Below, piece after piece: positions 1-9,973 of a DNA stretch of 64,000 nucleotides. How positions within the stretch are numbered: the first letter of the stretch is position 1; each line of letters starts with the position of its first letter. Both the position numbers and the translations under genes were made by a program. The DNA lies in the NCBI GenBank assembly GCA_944386675.1, contig CALXBY010000001.1, positions 72,486 through 136,485 of the forward strand, given 5' to 3'. Under the pieces are notes generated by a model. That model had not been told where the DNA came from. It saw only the letters and a list, made by a program, of their open reading frames with translations, and did not search any database. Source of the DNA: an uncultured Clostridia bacterium (GTDB lineage: Bacteria > Bacillota > Clostridia > TANB77 > CAG-508).

Positions 1-1611
1 ATATTCAAAGAAACAACGATTATGGCGATTGTTGGGGTTAGTATAGGATTAATGATTTCTTTTTTAGGAGCACAGGGAATTTTAAGTATGTTAAATAATA
101 TACTTGCTTCTGCTGAACTTTATTTTAATTTAGTAATTGATTTTAGATATATCATTTTAGCCATTATGATTGTTTTATTTAATATTTATATATCTGCAAT
201 TATTCCTAGTATAAAAGCAAGTAGTGCATCTGTGATTGGAAGTATAAGAAGTAATCAACAAATAAAATATAAAAAAAGTCATAATATTTTAAGAAAAATA
301 TTACCAATAGAAGGAAGATTAGCCTTAAATAATGCCAAAAGAAACAGAAGTAAATATAGAGTTATTACAATTTTACTTACAGTTTGCATGACTTCTTATA
401 TTGCAGTAACCACATATGTTAACTATGAAAAAGAAGCAGCTAGTTTGGTTACAGAATATGATGTTGATGTAGGATTCGTATTTTATCCATCAAATACAGA
501 TTACAAACTTTTGATGAATGATTATGCCAAACAATCTGGAGACGAAATAGAATGTATAGAATATAAGACGATGGGACTTTATAGTTTAGTAGAACCAATA
601 GATGCTGTTATTAATAATGAATATATTTATACTGTGGATAATAGTAAAAGACTAATACCTATAGAATTGATAGGATTAGAGGATAAAGAATACAAAAAGT
701 ACATAGAAAAGGTAAATGCACATTATGGAGATGGCATTATTTATAATAGCTTTTTAACAGATGATACTACTTATCAATATGAAACTAGGTTTAAGCCTTC
801 AAAAGATTTAAAATTTACGATTATAGACTATTATTATAATCTTGAAAAAAATATGCCTGAACGTAAAATAATTGATAATGAAAATTTGCAAGAAAATTTT
901 GTATTAACAGATGAAATTCTAGAGGGATTTCAAGAATATAAAACAGAATATGGGCATGCAACAACTATATTTATTAATATGGATACATATAATAAAATCG
1001 AGAAAAAAGTGAAAGATTATATAACAGCAACGAATACCTCTTCTGTATTCTGGCTTCATAACAGGGATGAAAACAATAATTTTCCAACACTTGTTAAAGT
1101 AAAGTGTGAGAATATTATCTCTTTTTCACATTACATAGATGAAAGAAAAAATTCCGATTTCTTTGCATATTATTATTCATTAGGCAATCAACAAAAACTA
1201 ATATATTTAGAAGTGATTCAATTTATATTAAAAATTGTTATAACAACTATTATCGTTATAGGAAGTATAAGTGCTATAAATATAATTAGTGCAAGTATAT
1301 ATGAAAGAAAGCAAGAATTTGAAATATTATCTTATTTAGGAGCTACCAAAGGAAATATCTATAAAATTCTTATATATGAATGTATTTATATGTTTCTAAA
1401 GGCAGGTATTATTTCTGCGATTTTATCGATACCAATTGTGTTTTGTATCATAAAACAAATGGAAAACACGATGATTTTAAATCGATTATTAGTACCATTT
1501 GGAGATATTGCTATATTCTTTGCACTATTGTTTGTACTATCTTTATGTATAACCATATATTGTGCAAAGTCAAGCAAAACATATCAGACGAATACACCTA
1601 GAAAGGGATGA
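1..1611 (+). CDS. ABC transporter permease, FtsX/MacB-type, 5' end cut by the window edge
   Basis: The frame of the 22..1611 ORF stays open back to base 1. TM-rich ends flank a ~350-aa soluble loop. The C-terminal block ERKQEFEILSYLGATKGNIYKIL followed by TM helices fits the FtsX-domain pattern. An ATPase gene follows 8 nt downstream. Confidence 0.75.
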   Translation: MFKETTIMAIVGVSIGLMISFLGAQGILSMLNNILASAELYFNLVIDFRYIILAIMIVLFNIYISAIIPSIKASSASVIGSIRSNQQIKYKKSHNILRKILPIEGRLALNNAKRNRSKYRVITILLTVCMTSYIAVTTYVNYEKEAASLVTEYDVDVGFVFYPSNTDYKLLMNDYAKQSGDEIECIEYKTMGLYSLVEPIDAVINNEYIYTVDNSKRLIPIELIGLEDKEYKKYIEKVNAHYGDGIIYNSFLTDDTTYQYETRFKPSKDLKFTIIDYYYNLEKNMPERKIIDNENLQENFVLTDEILEGFQEYKTEYGHATTIFINMDTYNKIEKKVKDYITATNTSSVFWLHNRDENNNFPTLVKVKCENIISFSHYIDERKNSDFFAYYYSLGNQQKLIYLEVIQFILKIVITTIIVIGSISAINIISASIYERKQEFEILSYLGATKGNIYKILIYECIYMFLKAGIISAILSIPIVFCIIKQMENTMILNRLLVPFGDIAIFFALLFVLSLCITIYCAKSSKTYQTNTPRKG

Positions 1612-1619
1612 AATAGAAA

Positions 1620-2279
1620 ATGAAAATCTTAAAAGTAGAAAATGTAAGTAAAATTTATGGCAAAGGTGATGCCAAAGTAATAGCCTTAAATGATGTATCT
1701 TTTGAAGTAGAAGAAGGACAGTTTATAGCTATTATTGGACCTTCTGGAAGTGGAAAGTCTACACTTTTACATACTATTGCGGGATTAGAGCCACCAACTA
1801 AAGGAAACGTATATTTTTATGATAAAAACTTATACAAAATGAATAAAAAAGAGCGAACAATTTTAAGAAGACAAAAAATAGGAATTATATATCAATTTTA
1901 TAACCTAATTCCTACTTTAAATGTGGAAGAAAATATCCTTTTACCAATAGAATTGGATAAACAAAAAGTTGATAGACAAAAATTAGAAGATATTATTACA
2001 TTTTTAAATTTAACTGATAGAAAAAAACATTTGCCTAATGAATTATCTGGCGGGCAACAACAAAAAGTGGCGATTGGTAGAGCTTTAATGATAAACCCGA
2101 CGATTATTTTAGCAGATGAACCAACAGGCAATTTAGATACGAAATCAAGTGATGAAATTGTACAATTATTAAAAAAGGCAAATAAAGAGTATAAACAAAC
2201 AATTATGCTTATAACACACAATATGAAGATTGCTAAATTAGCAGATAGAGTTATAAAAATAGAAGATGGAAAAATTTAA
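1620..2279 (+). CDS. ABC transporter ATP-binding protein (MacB/LolD-like)
   Basis: Walker A GPSGSGKST, ABC signature LSGGQQQ and Walker B ILADEPT are present. At 219 aa it is a single NBD. Confidence 0.92.
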   Translation: MKILKVENVSKIYGKGDAKVIALNDVSFEVEEGQFIAIIGPSGSGKSTLLHTIAGLEPPTKGNVYFYDKNLYKMNKKERTILRRQKIGIIYQFYNLIPTLNVEENILLPIELDKQKVDRQKLEDIITFLNLTDRKKHLPNELSGGQQQKVAIGRALMINPTIILADEPTGNLDTKSSDEIVQLLKKANKEYKQTIMLITHNMKIAKLADRVIKIEDGKI

Positions 2280-2352
2280 GAACGGCTTTTATTGATAAAC
2301 CAAATATAGAATGATATAATAAATATGATTATAAAAAATAGGAGGTTGAAGC

Positions 2353-5300
2353 ATGATGAACACAATAAAAAAAGTACTAGCACTTTTATTAATTTTCATG
2401 ATGATAATGCCAGTCAGTTTACCAGTAATTTCTAAAGCAATAGATTTAGGGATTATATCAAGAGCAAATGCAACAATAGATGTGAAATTGAAAAGAGATG
2501 AGGAAAATCCCAATATTGTTCATATAACAGCAACAGACAGTGAATATAATATAACACAATTAAAATATACACATCAATATATAGATACAGATAATATTGA
2601 CTATTTTGAGCAGGAAAATGAGGATATATATACATTTGACATAACACCAGCACAAACAATACAAGAAACATTTGAATTAGATGGATATGGAAGTTATACA
2701 GTATATGCTAAAAATTCAAGAGGAGATAGATTTTTATCAAGATTAACTGTAAATGACCCAAATGATATGCCTCAAATCACATTAACAAAAGAAGAAGAAA
2801 ATCCTTTAGTTTTAAATATTCAAGTAACCAGTAAGCAAAATACAATAACCAAATTAAAAATTGCAAAGAAGGAAAATATTAATGACACAATTGATTTTAG
2901 TACTCAAGGGACAGATATAGACTTTATACAAAATAAAGAAGTATCTGTTAGATATACAGGTATTACAGAAGAAGGTCTTTATGTTGTTTATGCAGAAGAT
3001 AGCGAAGGAAATAAAGCAACCCGTCAAATTTATGTAGCAAAACAAAATACACCAATTACAGTAGAAATTACCGAAGGAAATAATCCAAGAGAGGTTAATC
3101 TAAATATAACAGATGCTATATGTGATATTGTATCTGTAAAGGTTGCTAAAAGTTCAGAAATATCAGATATTAACGATTTCGAAAAAATAGAAGGTTTAGA
3201 AATTACAAAAGGTAAAAATGTACAGCTAACTTATACAGCACCAGAAGATAATACATATGCTTTTTGTATAGAAGATGAAGCAGGTTATAAACTCATGACA
3301 CAAAAAAGAATTACTGCAGATGAGGAAGGTACAATGCATGTAACGATTGAGCAAGATGAAAATTCTCCAGGGAATTTAACGATAACGGCAACCAATGATA
3401 TATGTGATATTGTTCAAATGAAAGTAGCTATTGGAAATGATATTGACATGGATTATTTTGAAAATAATGGAGAAGAAATCTCAATAGAACCAGGTAGAGA
3501 AGTAGTTGGAAATTATACAGTTAATGAAAATTGTACAATTCATGTATATGTTAAAGATGAAGAAGGATATTCATATATGTATACAAGAACACTTATAGGA
3601 ATTGACGAACCAGAGCCAGAACCAAATAAACCACCAGTAATTACCCTAACACAAAATGAACAAAATCCAAAGCAAATTGATGTAAATGTTCGTGATGAAG
3701 ATTCTTCTATTGACCAAGTAAAATGGGCAAAAGGAAATCAAAATGTAGCATATTTTGCAACAAATGGAACACAAATTGGTCAAGGAATTATAGGAAATGT
3801 TGTTCGTACAGAATTTACAATTGATGCAATTGGAACATATACGGTATATGCAAAAGATGAAGAGGAAAATGAAACTGTACAAACAATAGACGTTACAAAT
3901 ATAGAAGAGCCACCAGTAGAAGAAGATACTACTCCACCACAAATTAGTGATATTCAAAATAATGGAATATATAATCATTCTGTAAAGCCAACGGTTGTTG
4001 ATGAACATTTAGCAGAAGTTAACTTAACAAAAGATGGTGTGGATGTAGAAGACTATAACAATGGAGATATGATTGAAGATGAAGGGGAATATGTTTTAAA
4101 TGCAGTAGATGAAACTGGAAATGAATCAGTTGTTAAATTTACTATTGATAAAACAGCACCTGAAATAACAATAGATCAAAAGAATGTAGATAATCAAAAT
4201 GTAGAAGTATCCATCTTGCTTTCAGATAAATTAACAAAGGTACATACAGTAAAAGCTGCAAAAGGACAACAAACAATAGAATATTTTGAAAATAACGGGC
4301 AAGAGTTAACCATTGAAAAAGAAGGCAACACAGCAAATGCAGCCATAAAGATTATGGAAAATGGAACATATACTATATATGTTAAAGATGAAGCGGGAAA
4401 TGGTAGAATACAAACATTTGAGGTTACAACAATTGTAGAAGAGCCAGAAATAGATGATACAACACCTCCAACCATTGAAACTACAAATGAAATAATTAAT
4501 GAAAATGAATCTGTAAAAGTAACGATAAATGTAAAAGATACGGAATCTCAAATTGCAAAGATAAAATTTGCAAGTGGAACACAAGACATAGCATATTTTG
4601 AAAATAACGGAACAACACTTCAAATGATAACAGATGATAAATCAGCTGAGGCGGCTGTCATGATTGAAAAAAATGGAAACTATACAATATATGTTGAAGA
4701 CGAACAAGCAAATGCAGCAATCCGTGTTATTACAATTACAGAAATTGAAACGCCAGACCCAGAACCTGAGCCTGAGCCAGATGATGATATAACACCACCT
4801 ACTATTACAGGTGTAAAAGATGATGTAACATATGGAACGGAAGTAACTCCTAGAATAGAAGATGAACATCTAGCAAGTGTGACTTTGACTAAAAATGGTA
4901 ATGCAGTAGAAGGATACAAAAATGGTGATACTATATCTGAAAATGGTACTTATGTATTAACAGCTATTGATGAAGCAGGAAATCAAACAGTTGTAAAATT
5001 TATTATTGATATTGAAGAAGAAGACAATAATAACACAAATAATACGAATAGTACCAATAGTACAAATAGCACAAATAATACAATAAATGATACAAATACA
5101 GAAAACTCAACGAATAATACAAATACTAACAATAATACAGGAACAGATAACACGACAGATAATTCAAACACAAATGATACTGATGCCGATACCGATACAA
5201 ACAATAATAATGTTTCAGGAAATAACCAAAGCGTAGATAATACATATAGTTCAAAACTACCTTATGCAGGGCTTGGAAACATATTAGTTATTGGAATTGT

Positions 5301-5355
5301 CATTACAAGTGTAGTAGCCATATTTACATATATAAAATATAAAAAATATGAATAA
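2353..5355 (+). CDS. Large repetitive cell-surface protein with an LPxTG-like C-terminal anchor
   Basis: SD AGGAGG lies upstream and the N-terminus is a signal peptide. There are at least 7 tandem ~95-aa beta-rich modules ending in Y(T/V)(V/I)YA/VKDE-like strands, plus two DTTPP...VKF(T/I)ID modules. The C-terminus is LPYAG followed by a TM helix and a KYKKYE tail. Confidence 0.7.
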   Translation: MMNTIKKVLALLLIFMMIMPVSLPVISKAIDLGIISRANATIDVKLKRDEENPNIVHITATDSEYNITQLKYTHQYIDTDNIDYFEQENEDIYTFDITPAQTIQETFELDGYGSYTVYAKNSRGDRFLSRLTVNDPNDMPQITLTKEEENPLVLNIQVTSKQNTITKLKIAKKENINDTIDFSTQGTDIDFIQNKEVSVRYTGITEEGLYVVYAEDSEGNKATRQIYVAKQNTPITVEITEGNNPREVNLNITDAICDIVSVKVAKSSEISDINDFEKIEGLEITKGKNVQLTYTAPEDNTYAFCIEDEAGYKLMTQKRITADEEGTMHVTIEQDENSPGNLTITATNDICDIVQMKVAIGNDIDMDYFENNGEEISIEPGREVVGNYTVNENCTIHVYVKDEEGYSYMYTRTLIGIDEPEPEPNKPPVITLTQNEQNPKQIDVNVRDEDSSIDQVKWAKGNQNVAYFATNGTQIGQGIIGNVVRTEFTIDAIGTYTVYAKDEEENETVQTIDVTNIEEPPVEEDTTPPQISDIQNNGIYNHSVKPTVVDEHLAEVNLTKDGVDVEDYNNGDMIEDEGEYVLNAVDETGNESVVKFTIDKTAPEITIDQKNVDNQNVEVSILLSDKLTKVHTVKAAKGQQTIEYFENNGQELTIEKEGNTANAAIKIMENGTYTIYVKDEAGNGRIQTFEVTTIVEEPEIDDTTPPTIETTNEIINENESVKVTINVKDTESQIAKIKFASGTQDIAYFENNGTTLQMITDDKSAEAAVMIEKNGNYTIYVEDEQANAAIRVITITEIETPDPEPEPEPDDDITPPTITGVKDDVTYGTEVTPRIEDEHLASVTLTKNGNAVEGYKNGDTISENGTYVLTAIDEAGNQTVVKFIIDIEEEDNNNTNNTNSTNSTNSTNNTINDTNTENSTNNTNTNNNTGTDNTTDNSNTNDTDADTDTNNNNVSGNNQSVDNTYSSKLPYAGLGNILVIGIVITSVVAIFTYIKYKKYE
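5024..5235 (+). repeat. N/T/D-rich low-complexity coding tract, (AAT/ACN)n-like
   Basis: It encodes NNNTNNTNSTNSTNSTNNTINDTNTENSTNNTNTNNNTGTDNTTDNSNTNDTDADTDTNNNN just upstream of the anchor. Confidence 0.85.
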
Positions 5356-5373
5356 ATATAAAAATTAGATAAA

Positions 5374-5420
5374 AGTTTAGATGAAGAAAAAATATAATTT
5401 CATCTAGACTTTTTCTTTTT
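5374..5420 (+). terminator. Rho-independent terminator
   Basis: AGTTTAGATGAA pairs with TTCATCTAGACT as a 12-bp stem with one G-U pair, followed by a T-run. Confidence 0.7.
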
Positions 5421-5491
5421 ATTTAATAAAAGATATATTTTTGAAACTTTTTTACGATATAATGTGACTATATAATAAAGGGGGTATACAA

Positions 5492-6037
5492 ATGTGCGCA
5501 CAAATAAAGGAAGAAAATTTTAAAGAAATATATGAAAAAACATACCAAGCAACTTTAAAATTTATTGTTATAAAATGTCATAATATGGATGATATAAACG
5601 ACATAATCCAAGATACATATTTAGAATTATTGTTACTTATTAAGAAAAAGAAGCGTTTAGAAATAGAGCATGTCAATCAATATATAATGGGAATTGCAAA
5701 TAATATTATTAAAAGACATTATCATAAAAAGATAAAACAAAATAAAGTAATTATATACCAAGCCAAAGAAGAAGAAGAAAATACACAAATAAAAGATGAA
5801 TTTGATTTAGAACAAGAAATTATAACAAAGGAGAATGTAGAAACTGTTTGGAAATATGTGAAAAATAAGGATCTCCTAACAGCTAAAATATTTTATTTAT
5901 ATTTCTCTTTGGGATTAAAAATTTCAGAGATAGCAGGAGCGTTAGACTTAAAAGAATCAAATATAAAAAATCGTATTTATCGAACCTTAAAAGAGTTAAA
6001 AGAATTTCTAGGAAAGGATGTGATAGAAAATGATTAA
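5492..6037 (+). CDS. ECF-type sigma-70 family RNA polymerase sigma factor
   Basis: 181 aa. A region-2-like DIIQDTYLEL and a C-terminal HTH LKISEIAGALDLKESNIKNRIYRTLKEL are present. It overlaps the next gene by 8 nt (ATGATTAA). Confidence 0.75.
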   Translation: MCAQIKEENFKEIYEKTYQATLKFIVIKCHNMDDINDIIQDTYLELLLLIKKKKRLEIEHVNQYIMGIANNIIKRHYHKKIKQNKVIIYQAKEEEENTQIKDEFDLEQEIITKENVETVWKYVKNKDLLTAKIFYLYFSLGLKISEIAGALDLKESNIKNRIYRTLKELKEFLGKDVIEND

Positions 6038-7196
6038 TAAAGCCTTTAAAGAATATACAGAAAAAATGAATAATATGAACCTAAACTACGAAGCAATTCT
6101 TTCTAAACAAAAGAAAGGAGGAATAAAGATGAAATTTAAAAAGAAAAAAATTTTAAATATAGCTGCCATGTTTATAGCTGTCATATTAGTAGGGGTTTTA
6201 TCTACACAAATTTATGCAAAAATTCAATGGGATATTGAATTTAAAGAATATCAAAATAGAGAATATGCAACAGGAACTGGAGCTATCAAAGAGGCGATTG
6301 AATCTGGATACAATGAAGTCATTAATATGGATTATATTAAACAAGATGGAATTTCTGCAAAAATAGATTCTTTAATGTTATCAGATGACCATTTAGAGGC
6401 AAATGTTCACTTTATATTTGATGAAGGAATTGAATTAAATTCAGAAACTCTTAGCTTTGGATATGCTGTTTATGATGATGAAAATAATATATATGGAATA
6501 TCTGAAAGAATTCATTATAATGATGAAGAGAAAAGATACGGAAATTATACAAAATATATTTATGAGGATTTAGGCGTAAAATATAATAAAAAAGATATGC
6601 ATTCTATACAATATAATGATAGTAGTAGTTATGGCAATATTTCTGCAGAGGGAAGAGAAATTATTTCTAAATTTTCAATGAATTCTATAAAAGGTTTTCC
6701 TAGAAGCAAAAAGATATATATTCGTATATTTGACTTAGGATATGATATGATGAATATTTCTGAAGAAAATAGTATAATTGAAGACTTTAATATAAGTGAT
6801 GCAGAATGGATTTTTGAAATTGAAGTACCAGATAAGTTTTATGAAAGAGAAACAACAAAATTAACATTAAAAGAAGAGATTTCTCCAATCGATATTCAGA
6901 AAATAACACTTACAGAAACAGGAATGGTAATACAATTTAAATCTAAAGAATTTAGAGATACGGTTATGTCTGGAAAGGATATGGAAACAGGAGAATGGGA
7001 AAAAGTGCAAAAAGAATTAATCTATATAACAGATGGTGAAGGAAATTCCTATAGTCCAACATCAATGGGAACAACAGGAGAAGAAAATGGAATGAAGGTA
7101 ACTTTTAATATCAGTAAGACAGCATTGGAAAAACAGTTATTTTTAAATGTGAAACTTAATGACAAACAATATACAAGTGAGCTAATAGAAGAATAA
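6030..7196 (+). CDS. Putative anti-sigma factor, a single-pass membrane protein with an extracytoplasmic domain
   Basis: It is translationally coupled to the sigma gene. It has a short cytoplasmic N-terminus, one TM helix (ILNIAAMFIAVILVGVLS) and a ~320-aa outside domain. I recognise no catalytic motif. Confidence 0.45.
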   Translation: MINKAFKEYTEKMNNMNLNYEAILSKQKKGGIKMKFKKKKILNIAAMFIAVILVGVLSTQIYAKIQWDIEFKEYQNREYATGTGAIKEAIESGYNEVINMDYIKQDGISAKIDSLMLSDDHLEANVHFIFDEGIELNSETLSFGYAVYDDENNIYGISERIHYNDEEKRYGNYTKYIYEDLGVKYNKKDMHSIQYNDSSSYGNISAEGREIISKFSMNSIKGFPRSKKIYIRIFDLGYDMMNISEENSIIEDFNISDAEWIFEIEVPDKFYERETTKLTLKEEISPIDIQKITLTETGMVIQFKSKEFRDTVMSGKDMETGEWEKVQKELIYITDGEGNSYSPTSMGTTGEENGMKVTFNISKTALEKQLFLNVKLNDKQYTSELIEE

Positions 7197-7223
7197 TAAA
7201 AAATTTAGGTAAATTAAAATTAG

Positions 7224-8065
7224 ATGAAAAAAGACAAGGAGACAAACATTTTATATTAGCATTCTTTATATATAATGGTGTTAGTACAACTCAAACAGCA
7301 GATATGGCAGATACAAATCCTGCAGGAAATATAACTGCAACAAATGAAGAGAACAATGTATTAATAGCTGAGGCTACAGAAGAAGAGAATAAACCATGGG
7401 AATGGCAGCATGATACATCAGAAAATCAAAATATCAATCGTAGTGCTATAGAAAGTGTTCATGAATCTCTAAATTCTTATCCGATTAATGCAGAAGTAAT
7501 TGTAAGAAATGGTGTTATGGCAGATGAATATTATAAAGAAGGATATGATGAAAATAGTGTGTTTACATTACAATCTACTTCTAAAAGTGTAACATCCGCA
7601 CTAATTGGAATTGCTATTGATAAAGGATATATTGAAAGTGTTGATGTACCATTATCAACCTATTTTCCTCAAATATTAGAATCTGGCAGTGAATATAAAA
7701 ATCAGCTTACAATATGGCATTTATTGACACATGCTATGGATATATATGATATGGCAAAATTTGGTCAATTATATTTGAATAATGGTGTTTGGGAAGGAGA
7801 ACAAATCATTTCCCCAGAATGGATAGAACAGTCAACAACGCTTCAATTTGATAGGTCATCTGGTTCAGCAGATTATGGTTATCAATGGTGGGTAAGAACT
7901 TTTGGAGAACAAAATTATCCTGCTTATTTTGCACAAGGACATTTTGGACAATATATTTTTGTTGTTCCAGATTTAGAATTAGTGGTTGCCTTTACAAGTC
8001 ATTACGAGGGTAGTACAAGCATTTATTGGGAATATATGAATCAAATTGTAAATGCTCGTCAATAA
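7224..8065 (+). pseudogene. Beta-lactamase/PBP4*-family serine hydrolase, apparently degraded
   Basis: The SxxK motif STSK and the C-terminal DMAKFGQLYLNNGVW block are present. LLTH joins directly to the C-terminal block, so ~100 aa including the Tyr motif region appear missing. The signal-peptide codons (ATG at 7224) are out of frame by one base in an A6 run. Confidence 0.5.
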
Positions 8066-8089
8066 TAGAAACTATGTATAGCAATTTTA

Positions 8090-8136
8090 AGAAAATTATT
8101 TTAACTAGTTAAACTGTGGAATAATTTTCTTTTTTA
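8090..8136 (+). terminator. Rho-independent terminator
   Basis: AGAAAATTATT pairs with AATAATTTTCT as an 11-bp stem, followed by TTTTT. Confidence 0.7.
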
Positions 8137-8255
8137 TGATATTATCATAAAAGTAAATAGTAATTTTAGCAATACTAAATAAAAAAAGGTATAATAAATA
8201 TAAAGAAATTTAAATTAAAAATGAATACAGCAGGATTTTAATTAGTGGAGGAAAA

Positions 8256-8864
8256 ATGGGGAAGTTTTTATCAGATATGTTTGAATTGGGGATTGAAGCT
8301 TTAGTAGCGATTCCTTCTAGTAAAAAGAAAGTAACAGAAGCAACAGAGTTTTTACAGAGCCTTGTTATAGATAATAAGGAAATAGAAATTGAAGAATTTA
8401 TTAAAATGTATAATGAGAGGGTTCACAATTTTGACACCAAACGAAATGATATAAAAATATTAAAACAGTTAGATTTTGAAGGTGTATATATTATTCATAA
8501 TTGTACGAAAGATATTTTCTGCGTTGGAAAAAGTAAAAGAGTTCTAAGAAAAGTCGATAGATATTTTAGAGGATATGAGAATGAAGAAGTATATGCCGAT
8601 TATGAAGATGGAGATGAATTTAAAATTAGAATAATAAAATATGAAGATTCCAATTATGATAATATCGATGAATTACTTAAAGAAAAGATAAATGAGTATG
8701 GTAAATATATAGTTAAAGAAGACAAAAAAAGAATCAAAAAGAAAAATACAAAGAAAAATAAAAAGGAAAAAAAATCTACTGAAAAATCATTACTATCCCT
8801 TTTTTGTATTTATATTATCATCATTTCATTTGGTTTGTTAATATTATTTTTTTTAGAAGAATAA
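8256..8864 (+). CDS. Hypothetical protein with a possible GIY-YIG-like core, a K-rich tail and a C-terminal TM anchor
   Basis: SD GGAGG lies upstream. GVYIIHNCTKDIFCVGKS has GIY-x10-(Y/C)xG spacing, followed by R-rich RKVDRYFRG. The C-terminus is LLSLFCIYIIIISFGLLILFF. Confidence 0.35.
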   Translation: MGKFLSDMFELGIEALVAIPSSKKKVTEATEFLQSLVIDNKEIEIEEFIKMYNERVHNFDTKRNDIKILKQLDFEGVYIIHNCTKDIFCVGKSKRVLRKVDRYFRGYENEEVYADYEDGDEFKIRIIKYEDSNYDNIDELLKEKINEYGKYIVKEDKKRIKKKNTKKNKKEKKSTEKSLLSLFCIYIIIISFGLLILFFLEE

Positions 8865-8981
8865 CATCAATTAGTTAAAACAATTATAACTTTTTTGAAC
8901 TTCCCTGTCAATGATTGTACTGTTATAATTTGAGGTGAATAGAAATTATACACGAAACTGTAATAAGTAAGGAGGGAGTAA

Positions 8982-9065
8982 ATGAAAAGCATTGTTATTT
9001 TTTATTCTAGAGCAGGATATAACTATGTAAATGGAGAAATTAAAAACTTAAAAATAGGAAACTAA
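8982..9065 (+). pseudogene. Flavodoxin N-terminal stub (27 codons)
   Basis: MKSIVIFYSRAGYNYVNGEIKNLKIGN* matches the conserved long-chain flavodoxin N-terminus (..YSR.G.NYVNG....L..GN). The ORF stops there and runs straight into a terminator. Confidence 0.5.
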
Positions 9066-9096
9066 GTATGCATAGAGATAATGCATACTTTTTTTA
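9064..9096 (+). terminator. Rho-independent terminator
   Basis: AAGTATGCAT pairs with ATGCATACTT as a perfect 10-bp stem with a 7-nt loop, followed by TTTTT. Confidence 0.75.
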
Positions 9097-9210
9097 TTAA
9101 AATACATAAGTTCATAATAAAGATTTTTATAAAATTATTAACAAAAAATATTTTTTTTGATATAATTTGAGTGTAAAAAAATATATATAGTAAAAGGGGA
9201 GGAAAGAAAA

Positions 9211-9900
9211 ATGGATGAAAATGAAAAAGTAAACGAACAAAATGCACAACAAGTAAATAATGACGGAGAATTAAAAAAACAAGCTGCTGAAACGCTAAAA
9301 GAGACAAAAGAGCAAATGAAGAATATAAACTTAAAAGAAGAGGCTAAAAAGGGAAAAGGATTGTTAAGTAAATTATTTGGAAAACCAGTAGAAACCATCA
9401 AGGAAATTGTAGATGATAATAAAAATCAATTTTATAAGACAGCGTTAATTATTGTAATTGCATGGGTAGTACTTATTTTACTTGATAGAGTTATAGATTT
9501 TATTATCTATGATTATTACAAATTTAATGTATTAGCAACAATTAAAGCAATGTTATCACCTATATTAGAAATATTAGTAATGGCAATTATTATACATGTA
9601 TTAAATAAAGACAATAAACAATCGTTGACAAAATCAATTACCGCAGTGTCTATTGCAAAAATACCACTAGTAATTTCTGCAGTTTTAGGATATTTAACAT
9701 ATATCAGTTCAAATGTAAGATATATTGTAAACCCAATTGCTTCATTACTAAGTGTTATATCAACAGTATTAATGTTCTTTGTAGTAAAAGAAATGTTTAA
9801 AGAAGGAGAAAATGAAAAAGCTTTAAAATTATTTATAAAAGTTGAAGTTATATATTATATTGTTGCATTTGCATTTAGTTTTTTAGGAATATATTTATAA
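9211..9900 (+). CDS. Hypothetical integral membrane protein
   Basis: SD GGGGAGG lies upstream. The N-terminal ~70 aa are charged and are followed by about 5 predicted TM helices. I recognise no family motif. Confidence 0.55.
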   Translation: MDENEKVNEQNAQQVNNDGELKKQAAETLKETKEQMKNINLKEEAKKGKGLLSKLFGKPVETIKEIVDDNKNQFYKTALIIVIAWVVLILLDRVIDFIIYDYYKFNVLATIKAMLSPILEILVMAIIIHVLNKDNKQSLTKSITAVSIAKIPLVISAVLGYLTYISSNVRYIVNPIASLLSVISTVLMFFVVKEMFKEGENEKALKLFIKVEVIYYIVAFAFSFLGIYL

Positions 9901-9915
9901 AATAAGAAAAGTAAA

Positions 9916-9957
9916 AAATTCAAATTATTAAATTTCAATAATAATTTGAATTTTTTT
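9916..9957 (+). terminator. Rho-independent terminator
   Basis: AAATTCAAATTATT pairs with AATAATTTGAATTT as a 14-bp stem, followed by a T-run. Confidence 0.7.
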
Positions 9958-9973
9958 ATTAAGAGTGTAAAAA

